Assembly (NCBI GenBank): GCA_030265395.1
Contig: JARFYF010000074.1
Span: 87,385,893 to 87,449,892, forward strand
Source of the DNA: Rhina ancylostomus
Taxonomy: Eukaryota
Direction of reading: 5' to 3'
DNA length: 64,000 bases
The notes under the pieces are model-generated. The model had not been told where the DNA came from. It saw nothing but the letters and a program-made list of their open reading frames with translations, and searched no databases. This document shows, in pieces, positions 24,471-37,030 of this stretch. A program made the translations under genes and the position numbers. Numbering within the stretch: position 1 is the stretch's first letter; every line of letters starts with the position of its first letter.

Positions 24471-27259
24471 GTTAACTTAAAAAAAGTTTTAACATTGTAA
24501 GTAATCCAAATACAAATTAGATGAGGAGTAGGTATGATGGATTCCTGACCATTAACCTCTGAGGAGTCAAAGAAAACTGAAATGTGAAACTGGAAAACCT
24601 TATTTTGTGAGATATATGGCTACATACTGCCTTTAGATAAAGCAGCAAGAAATCCTATTCATAAAAAAATTGTTTTATTTTACAAATTTATGCTCCTGAG
24701 AGAAAGATTCACATAATCAGTGCACACATCAAGAATTAGTTTGGTGTTTAGAGTCCCTGATTCATTTCTTATGATTTACTGTCCATTAAAATAACAAAGT
24801 GCTAGGCTGACTTGTTCCTAATGTTAAAGTCAGAAAATAGCTACCCTATTCTATTACAGAAATACCTTTAAACTGTTGCAAAATGTAGAGATAAACTGAA
24901 GTGAGCATAGCTTTTACACTTAAAACTACAAGGGCATTGGAAGGTGAATTTTATGGGATCTCCTTTCAGTGTCCTTGTGGTTTATGGGTGCTCAAGTTGT
25001 TTGTGACACAGATGAAAATCACACAGCAACTTAATCTTTTTCCAATCAAATAATAGCTTCACAATGTCAAAATACTATAAGAAAAATTATGTACCTCACC
25101 TATATAACTTGTCACAGATGCTTAAAGGGATATCACAGTCACTGTCTATTTTTATATGAAAAGTTCACCCATGTTCAGCAGATCTAACCAAATGATGCTC
25201 AGATAAACTTGATTTGCACAGTCATGTACTCTTACATCTAGCTTGACATATTTTGATCTTTTTCACAACGATTAAGGGTGACAATCCATTGAGTTGCATT
25301 CTGACACATGCTGCAGGCATCAAATCTTGCTGGACAGACAAGGAGCAAGAATGAAACTGCAGTGACATCAAGCACTGGCATTTCCAGTTGCCTGGAGACA
25401 TCTAACCTATATGTTCTGATTTTATCAGTTTACCACTTCATTGCCCCCCAACCCCCCAGTCCCCAGGTCTGTTAACAATGGTCTAATGAGGTAATGGATA
25501 GATGAGAAAGTGAATTTTTATGCATCAATGAGAATAGGAGTTTACACCACAATGTTTAGATTACAGTATGCTCTAAACTTCGTAATAGCATTAAAACCAA
25601 ACTTTTACGTTTTACTGCTGTTTTAAGCTCTGTTACCCTTTGTCAATAGTTATGCTTGTGCTTTGAAATACTGTTGCAGCATTAATGCGTCATCATAGGA
25701 GCATGCTTTTATGCTGGTATGTTTTATAAATACACAGAAAACCTATAGATGCTTGGTGCTGCATGTTTATATAAGTTACTGACTAAACCCAGAGGGCTGC
25801 ATTTATACTGTCCATTCATATTGTCTTTGCAATTTGCTCCAACATGACAAAATAGTTTAGTAAAAAATCGCAATGAAGGTTATTAGAACCGTTGTCTCTA
25901 TGATCTCAGGGTTAACTTTGTATCCTACTACAACTAACATACTTTTCCTTTTCTATCTGCTAAGCGTAACTTTCCGTTGTTCTCTCCAAGTTAAATTAAT
26001 TTGAAGAGCACATCAGCAGGCAGGATTCAGTTTCCCCAGTCTTGTTACTTTAAGGATCTATAAACCGCTTGATGGGCCCAGAAACCGAGCATGAATATGA
26101 AAGTGGTTTTGCGTGTAATTTTCCCCGGAAGCTGCATCAATCACGTGCTTCAGTCTGTAAGTTTTTTGAAGGGCAAACACGAAAGGGCAGGACCAGAGCT
26201 GATCAGGAAGCGTGACTCCTTTTTCTATGGTGTGATTTTAGAGCTTTTCACTGCCTGAAAAGTCGTGACTTCTGCTTGCTGGTCTGTTTACTTCACTGGC
26301 AATTTAATCCGACCCCTATGAAGATTGATATTTTTATTTCGTATTTGAGAGCTTCACCCAACCTATTTTTCTCAAATCAGTCTTCCTTTTAAATGACCCA
26401 CTGCTGATTAAAAATATCGGAAAAAGAATGTCAGCATTCAAGTCCAGTTTTATGGGGGAAGAATGTGCTTTCTGTATCTGTAGTATAATTATGTTGCTGA
26501 GACTAACCTTAAAGGTCTACATGGCAGAGCAGTCTGAGACGAGTACACTAACCTTTCTGAAACAAAAGGGAGAGTCGAGCCTTATACTCATTTAGGCGCG
26601 TTGAAATATGCTCGTTAACAATAGAAGTACGATTCTGGGAGACGTGATAAGGAGATACATAAATCGCCTTTTTTGTTCACGTTGTTAAAGTAGGCTGATT
26701 GAATGATAAGATTCACTACATTACAGCCGTCTCCAAAAGACTGTCATTGCAGAGAATCTTAATGTTAAATCATTATGGTCATGGGAAAGTCTTTTCCAAG
26801 TTTAGACGCAAAACATNNNNNNNNNNNNNNNNNNNNNNNNNNNNNNNNNNNNNNNNNNNNNNNNNNNNNNNNNNNNNNNNNNNNNNNNNNNNNNNNNNNN
26901 NNNNNNNNNNNNNNNNNNNNNNNNNNNNNNNNNNNNNNNNNNNNNNNNNNNNNNNNNNNNNNNNNNNNNNNNNNNNNNNNNNNNNNNNNNNNNNNNNNNN
27001 NNNNNNNNNNNNNNNNNNNNNNNNNNNNNNNNNNNNNNNNNNNNNNNNNNNNNNNNNNNNNNNNNNNNNNNNNNNNNNNNNNNNNNNNNNNNNNNNNNNN
27101 NNNNNNNNNNNNNNNNNNNNNNNNNNNNNNNNNNNNNNNNNNNNNNNNNNNNNNNNNNNNNNNNNNNNNNNNNNNNNNNNNNNNNNNNNNNNNNNNNNNN
27201 NNNNNNNNNNNNNNNNNNNNNNNNNNNNNNNNNNNNNNNNNNNNNNNNNNNNNNNNNNA

Positions 27260-28600
27260 CCGGGCAGTTTGCCCCCAGGACCGAAGGCAGCCCCCCCCCC
27301 CCCACCCCGGCGGGAGACGACGTCTCGAGTGAGCGCCTTTCAACCGTCGTTTAAAAAATAACCGACGTTGGGCGAGGCGCAGGGCGCGCGTCGCGGCCGA
27401 TCTGCTCCGAGAGGAAGGTGACGATTGAGCAGGAAGGGTGGGGGGGGGGAATAACCTAGAAACTCCGCCGGGCTTCTGATCTCTCCGCTACCGCCAGCCG
27501 ACCCAGCGAAGATGGCACGGGAAAAGTCCACGGATGATGGTGGAGGATGGAAGAAATTCCTCTGGGATTCCGAGAAGAAGCAGTTTTTGGGCAGGACCGG
27601 CAGTAGCTGGGGTAAGTAGCCGGCTCGCTTCTCTTCCCCCCCCCCCCCCGTCCCGGTAATCGGTCTCGTTTTTCTCCTCTTTCCACACCCCCCCCCAAAA
27701 AAAACAAAGATATGTTTGGGTGGCGGTTAATGGTCCACCACGCTAAAGGCTGCGAGGTGTTGTTGGTGGATTATCTGGGAGTAATTAGTTTAAAAAAGAG
27801 TGTAACCATGGTGTGAGGGCGACTTGGACCGATTTTAGACAAAAGCGTGGGTGTAAAATGGTGCGCGCTTGTGTGTGAGAGAGCGAAGCAGTTAATGGCA
27901 CCGGCTTCCGCCTTCCTGTAACATGCGTGACTGTGGCGGGCGTGTGTTCAGAAGCAAATAAAAGTCAATGTGAAGGACATTGTGTGTAGGGGGGCAGGAG
28001 CCCGGCCGCTGTTTACAGGCGCGGGCGCGTCACAAGTACGTGGTCGGCGTTTAAAGGGATTGAAAGAAAAAGGCTGGGGGATCTGGGGGTGATGGTTGCT
28101 GGCGTCGTCGTGGTCGGGGAGAGGGGAGGCAGGAGGGTTGTGTGTGGAGGCATAGCCCGGCGTTTTGGGGGGGGGGGAAGGATCGTGGGGGAAGAGAGCG
28201 AGAAGTTTGCGCGCACGAGTTCCGCAGTCCCAAGGTTGTTCAAGGTGGCGGGCTCGGCCGAACCCCACATGGCAGCCGCAAACCCGGAATTGGTGCGGAC
28301 GCGCCGGGTGGTGGGGGATTCCCCCGTTCCCCTCCCCGGGGGGGGGGGAGGGCGGCGGAGGACGGAAGGGTCTGTGTGTGTGGGGAGGGGTTGGAGGCAG
28401 AACGAGCTTGATTAAGGTGGCGGGAGTGGAAGCGAGGAGGAGGTGGTAAAGGATCGGGATTTCGTCTCTTAGCAACCGATGGTTAACCGGCGTGTCGGAT
28501 CCGTGCACCCGGGCGGGGGGGACTGATCGTCTGGATCCGCAGAAATCAGTCACCAGCCGGCACTGCCGTGCAGGATTTATTATAAAAGTACACAATCTTA
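27260..28600 (+). promoter_or_regulatory. CpG island covering the ATP1B1 promoter/5'UTR, exon 1 and start of intron 1; TATA-like TTTAAAAA near 27350
   Basis: Abrupt rise in GC and CpG content in an otherwise AT-rich, CpG-poor window, centred on exon 1. The upstream part is lost in the gap at 26817-27258. Confidence 0.8.
27512..27611 (+). CDS. ATP1B1: Na+/K+-ATPase beta-1 subunit, coding exon 1 ([33 protein letters not shown])
   Basis: ATG in a strong Kozak context (gcgaagATGG). The WKKF-W..EKK..LGRT..SW N-terminal beta-subunit motif is present. The exon ends at G|gtaagt; 100 nt, phase 1. Confidence 0.97.
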
Positions 28601-29049
28601 GTAGTACGGCAGTTTTAAAATAAACCCCCGTTTTCGAGCTTTTGTTTTCTTCATGTACCAATAAACATCCCGCAATGGTGTCATAAGTTGATTAATTTTT
28701 GGCCCGAGTCTCCACCCTTGTCCTTGGAAATTTTTCTGAAGACCTTGAAAGTCAGTCAGTTGAATCTTGCTGCTCAAAAGCGGGCCGCGTGAATTTTAGA
28801 GAAAAGCATCAGTGTGGGCCAGTACCAGGCCAACCTATCGTATCCTCCTACCCCTTCCCACCCTTGAGTCATAACTTCAAATTGCATCGCGATAAAACAC
28901 TACTTACAGCAATAGTGGAACATCCTGAGGTCGAGCTTAGTCGTCATTTGGACAATGAATCGCCTTTAGGCATTTGATATCTCTATAACTACTCTGCAGT
29001 GTTCATCTGAAGTTTAAAGAGTAATGTCGTTTTCTGTATTATCTTGTAG

Positions 29050-29178
29050 TCAAGATACTTTTATTCTACTTGATCTTTTACGGCTGCCTGGCTGGAATCT
29101 TCATCGGAACCATTCAAGTAATGCTACTCACCATCAGTGATTTCGAACCAAAATACCAGGACAGAGTTGCACCTCCAG
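29050..29178 (+). CDS. ATP1B1: ATP1B1 coding exon 2 (transmembrane helix; [44 protein letters not shown])
   Basis: Acceptor ttgtag| and donor |gtatat; 129 nt, frame continues from exon 1. Contains the FYGCLAGIF and YQDRVAPPG hallmarks. Confidence 0.97.
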
Positions 29179-30101
29179 GTATATCGCTTTAGTATTTTTA
29201 AACGTATAAAGGGGTGGAAGATATAGATAAGTGTATTGGGAGCTGATGATAACGTGTAATTGGGCTTTAACTGTGTAAATTAATTCAACGCACTGGTGTG
29301 CTTATCGATGTGTTGGAGTAGAAAAAGCTTGCGTGTTACAGTACCACTATGCTAGGAGGCAACTGGGAAGGTCACTTGTAGTGATATGCAATTTAACTTT
29401 CGCATTGTTCCGCCGAATTCGGGCTTTATAAATTTGAGGGTTTCTTGAGGGGTAAGTGTGTTGTATTTACCAAGATTGCATTTAAACAAAAAACGAATGG
29501 CTGCTTAAAGGGACATTATATTCACTGGTGTTCACGTGGGCTTGTTACGCTGGGTTATGCCACCATAATTTGTAGTGTACTACATTTTGATTGCTATTGA
29601 AGAACTTAAAAGGGGGCTCTTATGTTGCTTGCAGACTACTTGTGTAATATGCACCACAATGTACTTATTACATAAAGGCCTACTTTGTTTTTAAAATTCC
29701 AGCAGTTAACGTGGTGCTAAGGTATAACTGCCCTAGATGTTCAGTATTGTGTTGTGCAAGTAGCTTATTATTTTCTGAGCCACTGTTATTTCTGATGTTT
29801 ACACACGTAATTACAAGTCTTCTCTGTAATTAGTCTGCCCTAAAACAGGAACAGTAAAACAAGATGCTGCTCTATTGTTCCTAATCCATCCAGAAGATGT
29901 GCATACTTCGGAATATTCCAAATCCTGATGGATCTCTTGTATCCAGCTATTTTAAGTGACTTCAGATTTGCAATTGCAGTCCCAATATTAGTAACATACG
30001 TAACCATTGCTTTACTTAATAGAATAATTACTTTAAAAACTAAATATCCTGTGGTTTCAGTAAATTTATTAATTATCTTTAAATTTCAACTTCATTTTTA
30101 G

Positions 30102-30257
30102 GTCTATCGCGTACTCCATATGATGCAAAAACAGATATTTCCTTTAGTGCTTCAAACCCAAGCTCCTATGAAAAATATGTGAATGGTCTGAACAAGCTTT
30201 TGCAGAATTACAATGATTCACAACAAGGCGGCACCTCTCCTTTTGAGGATTGTGGCA
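30102..30257 (+). CDS. ATP1B1: ATP1B1 coding exon 3 (LSRTPYDAKTDISFSASNPSSYEKYVNGLNKLLQNYNDSQQGGTSPFEDCG)
   Basis: Acceptor tttttag| and donor |gtaagt; 156 nt. FEDCG motif; overlaps ORF 30179..30391. Confidence 0.96.
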
Positions 30258-33200
30258 GTAAGTCTAAAGAAAATGTTGGTTTACTAAGTGTGGTATGGAA
30301 GAACACTGCTTTCCTGACAGAGTACAGAGAAAAAATGGGAGCACGAGTTCTTAAAAAAACACACACAAAGCATGGTATTCTGGGTGACTGATTCAGTACT
30401 TGTAAATTAAATAGAGCATCAAACTTGCTGGCAAGAAGATTGATTATTCAGATGCCAGTTCAGCCTAAACAGCAGCTTTTTACTTTGTGAGATAACTATT
30501 TACCTATATCATAGCAAATAGTACAGGGTAAATTGCCTTCTAAAGCCTCACTTTTGTGTGAATTTTTGGCATCTCTAGCATAGGCAAGACTTGCCTGATG
30601 CTCCTTGCTCAGGAGTTGATTTTATTTTTAGAAAACAGCCTTTAGTCCATTTAATAAAATATAATTTGCCCAGTCACTTTAATGCAAGTGAATTTTGATA
30701 TTGGGCTAAATTTGTTAAGCAAGGGGACAACATCAGCATGTACTAACTTCTGCCCTACTCCCTCTTCCACCTTGTCCACTGTTGTCACGATACATGTGTG
30801 GCAAGGGTGAAGTTTTTTAACATTTCTAATGTACAATTGCATCCACACTTGAGCTCTAAATTCATCAGTGTGGTTTACCTACACACAGCAATTAAAGGTA
30901 TTTGGCAATGTCTCAGAATTGGTCTGGAGAATTGTTGAAAAGCTATTTTGTGCTTAAATTTGCAGATTTGGTCTTGATCAACTTGTGAATTTTAGGATTG
31001 TCTAGTCAGCCTAAGCTCAGTGAAACTCTCATGACTCTTAAGTCAAATCATATTGAAACCATATACTTGAGAGACAAGTTCACTGGCTAGGATTGTACAA
31101 GAAGGTATGGTGGCACTATTAATGCTGATTATTTTGTCATGTGAATTATGCAATCAGATGGGAAAATTTCCAACTGTGTGCATGAATTGTATGGAGTTGC
31201 TATTAGCAACCCACGAGGTATTCATTAAGTTCTGAAAATATTGTGAATTTCATTCTACTGTAATTGATTACCACTGGTACTGAAAATTATCCATTTGAAG
31301 TGTTGTCACATCCCCTAAGATTTTAATCCATTGCTGGAGATTTGAGGTGGGATTTCCTTCAAATACACTTGTCATTCTTTCTAACTTTACTATCTTTACC
31401 TGATTTGGGATTGTTAGAATCAGTGCTGTTTAAATCAATTGGTTCTAGGGGGTATGCGGAGTTGATTGTCCTATATAATTTTCCACATTGCCTGTAGAGG
31501 GAGGTGTGCTAAAATGGATTTTTAATTTGTCCAAGTGTAAGTGCAAAATCGCAGCTATTTATATGGCCTGATGCATTGGTACAGTTTCATTCAGATTCTC
31601 CCCTATTGAACAAGCTCATTTGGTGGCTGAACTGAGATCCTGTTTGATCTAGATCTTTTGTTACTGTTATCTCTCGTCAAACTAGCACTTAATCCTCGTC
31701 TAGTACTAGAGGTTAAAGTTTAATTTAGTGATTGCTGTCTAGTAAGATTATTCTTATAGGCCAGCCAACAAAAATATACCAATTAATACATGCTAATACA
31801 CATCATTGGTGTTGCAAGCTTGTGCCTTGACAATCAATTGTTTTGTATCTTGCTCTGATATTGGTTGTCTTGGACTGTTAAAGGATGCAAGGACCTCTTC
31901 TGAAAAGGTTTTAATTTGAGCAGAATTTTTTAAAAAAGACCTTAAAAGCATGATCTAGTGAGCTTGCTTGCCCTTATCACCTTTACCCTGTCACTCCACA
32001 CCACAACACTCCTTTGATTAGCAAGAACCTGAAACCTTTCAATGGAAACAGGAATCCTTTTTGTGGGCAGAGTATTCTGGCAGGGCAGGCATTTTTAAAT
32101 CTGAATTTGGGTGAACTTGTATCCACTCTCAAAGTTACTGGAAGTGTACCAGACTTTCAGTCCTGTTTATCAGGGGAATGAACTGAAAATCTCTTTGCCT
32201 TTTCTTGGTAATTAGTAAGGTGATCTTATCTTTGATTCCTAAATGACACAAAACTCTTTTAGAATTGCTCATTCACTTCGAACAAGGGTAACTTAAAAGT
32301 ACCTGCAAAGGNNNNNNNNNNNNNNNNNNNNNNNNNNNNNNNNNNNNNNNNNNNNNNNNNNNNNNNNNNNNNNNNNNNNNNNNNNNNNNNNNNNNNNNNN
32401 NNNNNNNNNNNTGCAAAGGATTGGGTATAATTGAGAGATTTGAATACACAAGAATTGGTTCTGGTGGAGATCCACAGTTGTTTTCTTGTGTTTATCCCAT
32501 GCTTTATCCTGTGCAACGTTTTGCTATGTAATGGGTGTATCTTTGCTACTAACAATTTTAGCAAAGGAGAATGTATTGGAACCTCTGTCCTTTGTTCTTG
32601 AACATTGTTTAAATTTTTGAATTTTAAACTACAGAATATTGGAGGAAGGGGATTTTTAAAAATAAATCTTTCATATTGGCCTAGTTTTTTGTTAAAGCAG
32701 GGCATATTATGATGTAGCCTTCTGGCCTTTGTATACTGAAGGGACAGAAGATAAAATAATGCCTTGGAAGTTGTGGAAAAGGAAGCTGTTAAAAGGTGTT
32801 CAATGCAGGGTATCTTAAGGATCCTTGTGATAGTCTGCTGATAGAACCATTAGCTATTAACCAAAGAGACTGGAAATAGAATGAATTAATCAAATCAAAC
32901 TGAAGGAAGGATTGGATGGAGGCAAGAAGAAGTAGATTTTAAATTTAAAAAAGAATACCGTTAGTAGAATTGAAATTCTACAGTTAACTTAATGAAGGAA
33001 ACATTTTATTTACATTGTTAAATAAGCCTACCATGGCAAATTAAATTGGTAATTGTAACACATGGTGCACAATGACATTGAGGATAAATTGCTGGTTTTT
33101 GAGTGGATTGTTGCAAGCTGTCCAATCATTGATGTGCCATTTCTTCAAAAGTTAATGACATTTATATTTATGACATTCATCATAAAGTTCAAGGCAACTT

Positions 33201-33808
33201 GCACCTCTTATTTGTTGAGTGTGTCATTTTGTGGTTTCAACTTAGTTCTGGCTCCTCCAATGATTTTACTAAATGGTTCACTGAAATTTTACGAAAATTA
33301 AATGCCAGCAAGAAAAACATTGATATTTGCTGTTTTACAGGGTCCAAAAGTTTTAGTAAATTTGTCTCAAGTTTTTATTATTCGCAACCCATTTCCCCAT
33401 GATTTCCAAACAATGCAATGGCAATGACTTCTGCACTGGGTGTCAGCCACCACAAGCTAATGATAATTTTAAGTTTTCTGAGCCAAAGATTATTTTCAAC
33501 GTAGCCTATATTATAGGTTGCTTGCTGTTTTCAGGTGCTGTGGTAGCTTTTCCATTGATTTCTTTTCCAAGGCAGAAGAATAAGTCTTGGGTATTTTAAG
33601 TACAATGAAAAAAATTATTTCTGTATGGAGCATGTTTCATATTTTTCTATACTTTGGGGAAAGGGGCAGGGGGGATCAACTGAAAATCTGAGGAGTTATT
33701 TTAAGTGTTCCAGGTTTTGCTTGATTCTATTTAATATGCAGTTTTAGTTGAATGCATTGTAATTGTTTGTAAAATGTGTTAATAATTTTACAATATCTGT
33801 TGCTTTAG

Positions 33809-33993
33809 GAGGGCCTCAAGAATACAAAACCAGAGGTCCATTAGATGATTCTGAAGGACAGAAGAGAGTATGCAGATTTTTGCGCCAGTGGCTTAAAAAT
33901 TGCTCTGGAATCGATGATCCTAGTTATGGCTATGGAGAAGGAAAGCCCTGTGTCATTGCGAAGCTCAACAGGATCGTTGGTTTCTATCCTAAG
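33809..33993 (+). CDS. ATP1B1: ATP1B1 coding exon 4 (GPQEYKTRG...VCRFLRQWLKNCSGIDDPSYGYGEGKPCVIAKLNRIVGFYPK)
   Basis: Acceptor ctttag| and donor |gtagaa; 185 nt. CRF, NCSG and GKPC..KLNR motifs; inside ORF 33763..34008. Confidence 0.97.
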
Positions 33994-34590
33994 GTAGAAC
34001 TCCTTTGATGAATGAAAACAAAATTTATAACCTTGGGTTATTGCTACATGATTTGTAGAATATTCTGCACTGGAACATTATTGTTAGAATAGGGACACAA
34101 TTCCATATTTGTAGTAATCAAAAACTAGTTGCAAAATACATTGCCAAACAAAAATCCAATGAGGTTGCTATTAGTATTATTCAGGGCAGTTTATTCAAGA
34201 TAATGCATTTTGTCACAATTTAGCAAAGTGAAAAATATTTTGTATTCCTATTGACTGTCAGGATTATTTTTATTGCTGATGTGTTAATGCAGAGCATCTA
34301 GCAGAAAACAGTATTCAATGTGTTTTTAAAAAGTGCATTGAAGCTTCTACAAGTTTGTGTGCAAGAATTAATTTCAACAGAATATAAGGGCACAGTGCTG
34401 TTTATGCAAAGGAAATGTAGTGTGGATTGACCTGCATTTTCTGGATGTCATTGCTGGCTATTTTTCATTGATAATTGCTACATTGAAGTAATCTTTATAA
34501 TAATCAATTATTTATACTAGTGTACAGTTTAAAGTGTTAAATTGTGTAATTTTAAGTGGATGTGATTGGTTACTGAATTTTTTCTTTTAG

Positions 34591-34674
34591 CCTCCAAAAA
34601 ATAGCACCGATCTTCCTGGAGCGTTGCAAGCAAATTATAATCCATTTATTCTTCCAGTTCATTGTGAAGCAAAG
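34591..34674 (+). CDS. ATP1B1: ATP1B1 coding exon 5 (PPKNSTDLPGALQANYNPFILPVHCEAK)
   Basis: Polypyrimidine tract + ag| acceptor and |gtaagt donor; 84 nt, phase 0 at both ends. Confidence 0.95.
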
Positions 34675-35039
34675 GTAAGTGATACTTGGTTTCAAAGCAG
34701 AGTGAGGGTAATAGTTGTGTTCCATTTAGCTTAGATGGATGAGCTTTGGTCTTTCTGTGAATGCTGTTTTAATATTCAATGTCTTCAGTAACCACTGGCT
34801 GACGAGTATTATTGTCTCAAGTGCTTCAACTGATGTATTTTCTGGAGGAGCAACTATGCAGTAACCTCTTTTGATCTATCGGTGTTCCTTGCATCAAAAT
34901 AAGATGGGCACAGTAAATCTGGTTTGGTTGGTTGCAGTTTGCACAAGGAGTACATTTTGCTCCTTATTGAAGTTGGGATCTCGCAAATACTGCTAGACAG
35001 ACAGCTAAGATATCTGTTAAGCATTTTATAAAGAACAGG

Positions 35040-35232
35040 ACCTTGTTCTGTTGTTTATCCCTCAATCAGTATCACTTTAAAAACTACATGTATTAGCCTT
35101 ATGAGATCTTGTTGGGCAAATCGGTTGCCATCTTTCAACACAACATAGTGTGCTTCAAAAAGTAATTGGGCAATGAAGAACTCTGGGGTATTTGGGGCTT
35201 GTGAAAGGACATGATAAATGCAAGTCTGCTTG
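35040..35232 (+). mobile_element. Deu-type SINE 3' half in ATP1B1 intron 5
   Basis: tttatccctcaatc...cttcaaaaagtaatt...gtgaaaggacatgataaatgcaagtc. Confidence 0.55.
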
Positions 35233-35689
35233 TCCTTTGCATGTTACCACTTTTGCCATAGCTTTGTGGACAGTTTAAATCAATTATAAATGTATGCTAA
35301 TAGTTGTTTTAAAGTCTTAGCCATTTCAATTCTTCTCAATTAATTCTCCCTTCTATTTATCCTCCATCTCCTCCCTCTTCCACCACCATCCTCTGTAGGA
35401 ATGAAGGAAATAGGAATGGGAGTGAGCTATTACTGCCCCTCCAACCTGTTGCACTGGGCATTATCATGGCAGATCTGATTTTCTGTCCAATCATTGTAAC
35501 CCTTGATTTTCTGTACAGTCCAAAAGTCTATCTTTGTCAATATACTAATTCGCTTATCATTCACATCTCTTTAGGGTAAATGCCAAAGACTCTCAATCCC
35601 TGAGATGAAATTCCTTCTCTATCAGACTTTTCCTGGAAGGTTGACATACAAATATTGGTAGAAAATCAGAGGGTGGTGGTGGCAAAGGT

Positions 35690-37030
35690 GAGGTAGGAAG
35701 TTTTCAGTAAAGGAAAAGTACTAGGCAAGCTAATGGCACTGAGCACTGATGTTCCCTGGATTTGATGGTCTGCATCCAAAGAAAATTGGATGCATTTGTA
35801 AGTGCTTGACTCCAGAAAGGTCCTAGCTGGTAGAAAAACTGAATATGAATCCCTATTCAAGAAAGGAAGAGAAACAGGAAACTACAGGCCAGTTTGCTCA
35901 ATCTCTGTCATTGGGGAAGTGCTAGAATCCATTATTAAGGAAGTAGTAGCAAAGCGTACATTAAGGCTTTGAAAGGTGAAGCAGGTTTGATAAATTTGAT
36001 TTGAAGAGATGTGGGTAGATGGATATTTGTATGTTTCTGGATTTCAAAAACATTTGATAAAGTGGCACATAGTCATTGCATAGTTTGTGGGTGGTAGCAT
36101 TGTCAAGAATTGTTAGCAAACTGAAAACAGTTGGGCTAGATAGGTTGTTTCCAGGTTACTAGTGTATCTAGTGGAGTACCATAGGGATCAGTGCTGAGGC
36201 AAGAGTTGAAGGATACAGATGGAAACGGTCTTTGGCCCATGGAATCCACACTGACTGTCAACCTCTAATTTACACTAATCCTACATTAATCCCATTTCTA
36301 TTTGCACATTCTCATCAGCTGCTCCCCGATTTGACTACTTACCTATACACTAGAGGCAATGTGCAGTGTCTAATTAACCTACCAGCCTGGAATGTAGGAA
36401 ACCAGTGCACCTGGAGGAAATCCATGTGGTCGTAGGGAGAACATGCAGACTGTGCACACAGCAACTGAGGTCAAGATTGAATCCAGGTCTCTGTCATGAG
36501 ATAGCAGCTCCGCTAGCTGTATGACTGCTGCCACAGTTGTGATGAAGGGACTGAGGTATTGTAGTCACATTTGCTGAAGGTGCAAATATAGGGAATGTGC
36601 ATTGTGAGGAGGGCATGGTCTAAGGTTTCATGAATAACTTAAGTGAATGTAGAAGTATGATGTTGGGAATTGTCTGGTTTTCCACTTTTGGTATAACAAC
36701 TGGAAAACAGAATATAAAGGGGGAGAGATGACAAAATGCCATTCTATAAAGGGACCTTGCACACAAAAAACAAAGCTAGAATGCAGTTACAACAATAAGT
36801 AGGAAGGTAAAAGAGCTGTTGCTCTTCTGCAAAGCAAAGGCTACAGATAAAGGTTATGCCACAGCTAAGCTTTAAAATCATGCCTGAGGTATTATTTGAT
36901 CTTATTTGAGGAAGAATAATTTGAAGATTCACTGGAGTTATTACTGAGATGAGTGTTTTCTGAGGAATGTAGTGCAAGACAGGCCTATGCTCATTGAAGT
37001 TTGGAAGAATGAGGTGATTCTATTGAAACT
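35690..37030 (+). mobile_element. Decayed CR1 RT fragment in ATP1B1 intron 5 with a nested antisense V-SINE (~36215-36533)
   Basis: ggaaactacaggccagtt, ctagaatccattattaagg and agtggagtaccatagggatcagtgctg parallel the 9795 copy. Confidence 0.7.

Noticed and set aside
24591-24601. TonE/NFAT5-like TGGAAAACCTT upstream of ATP1B1; also E-box 26142, TTC-N4-GAA 26121 and HRE-like TACGTG 28037
   Set aside because: Short degenerate motifs expected by chance; unsupported without conservation or binding data.
27948-28661. 237-aa minus-strand ORF and other overlapping ORFs in intron 1
   Set aside because: Pro/Gly/Arg-rich low-complexity translations are expected from stop-poor CpG-island DNA; no recognisable domain.
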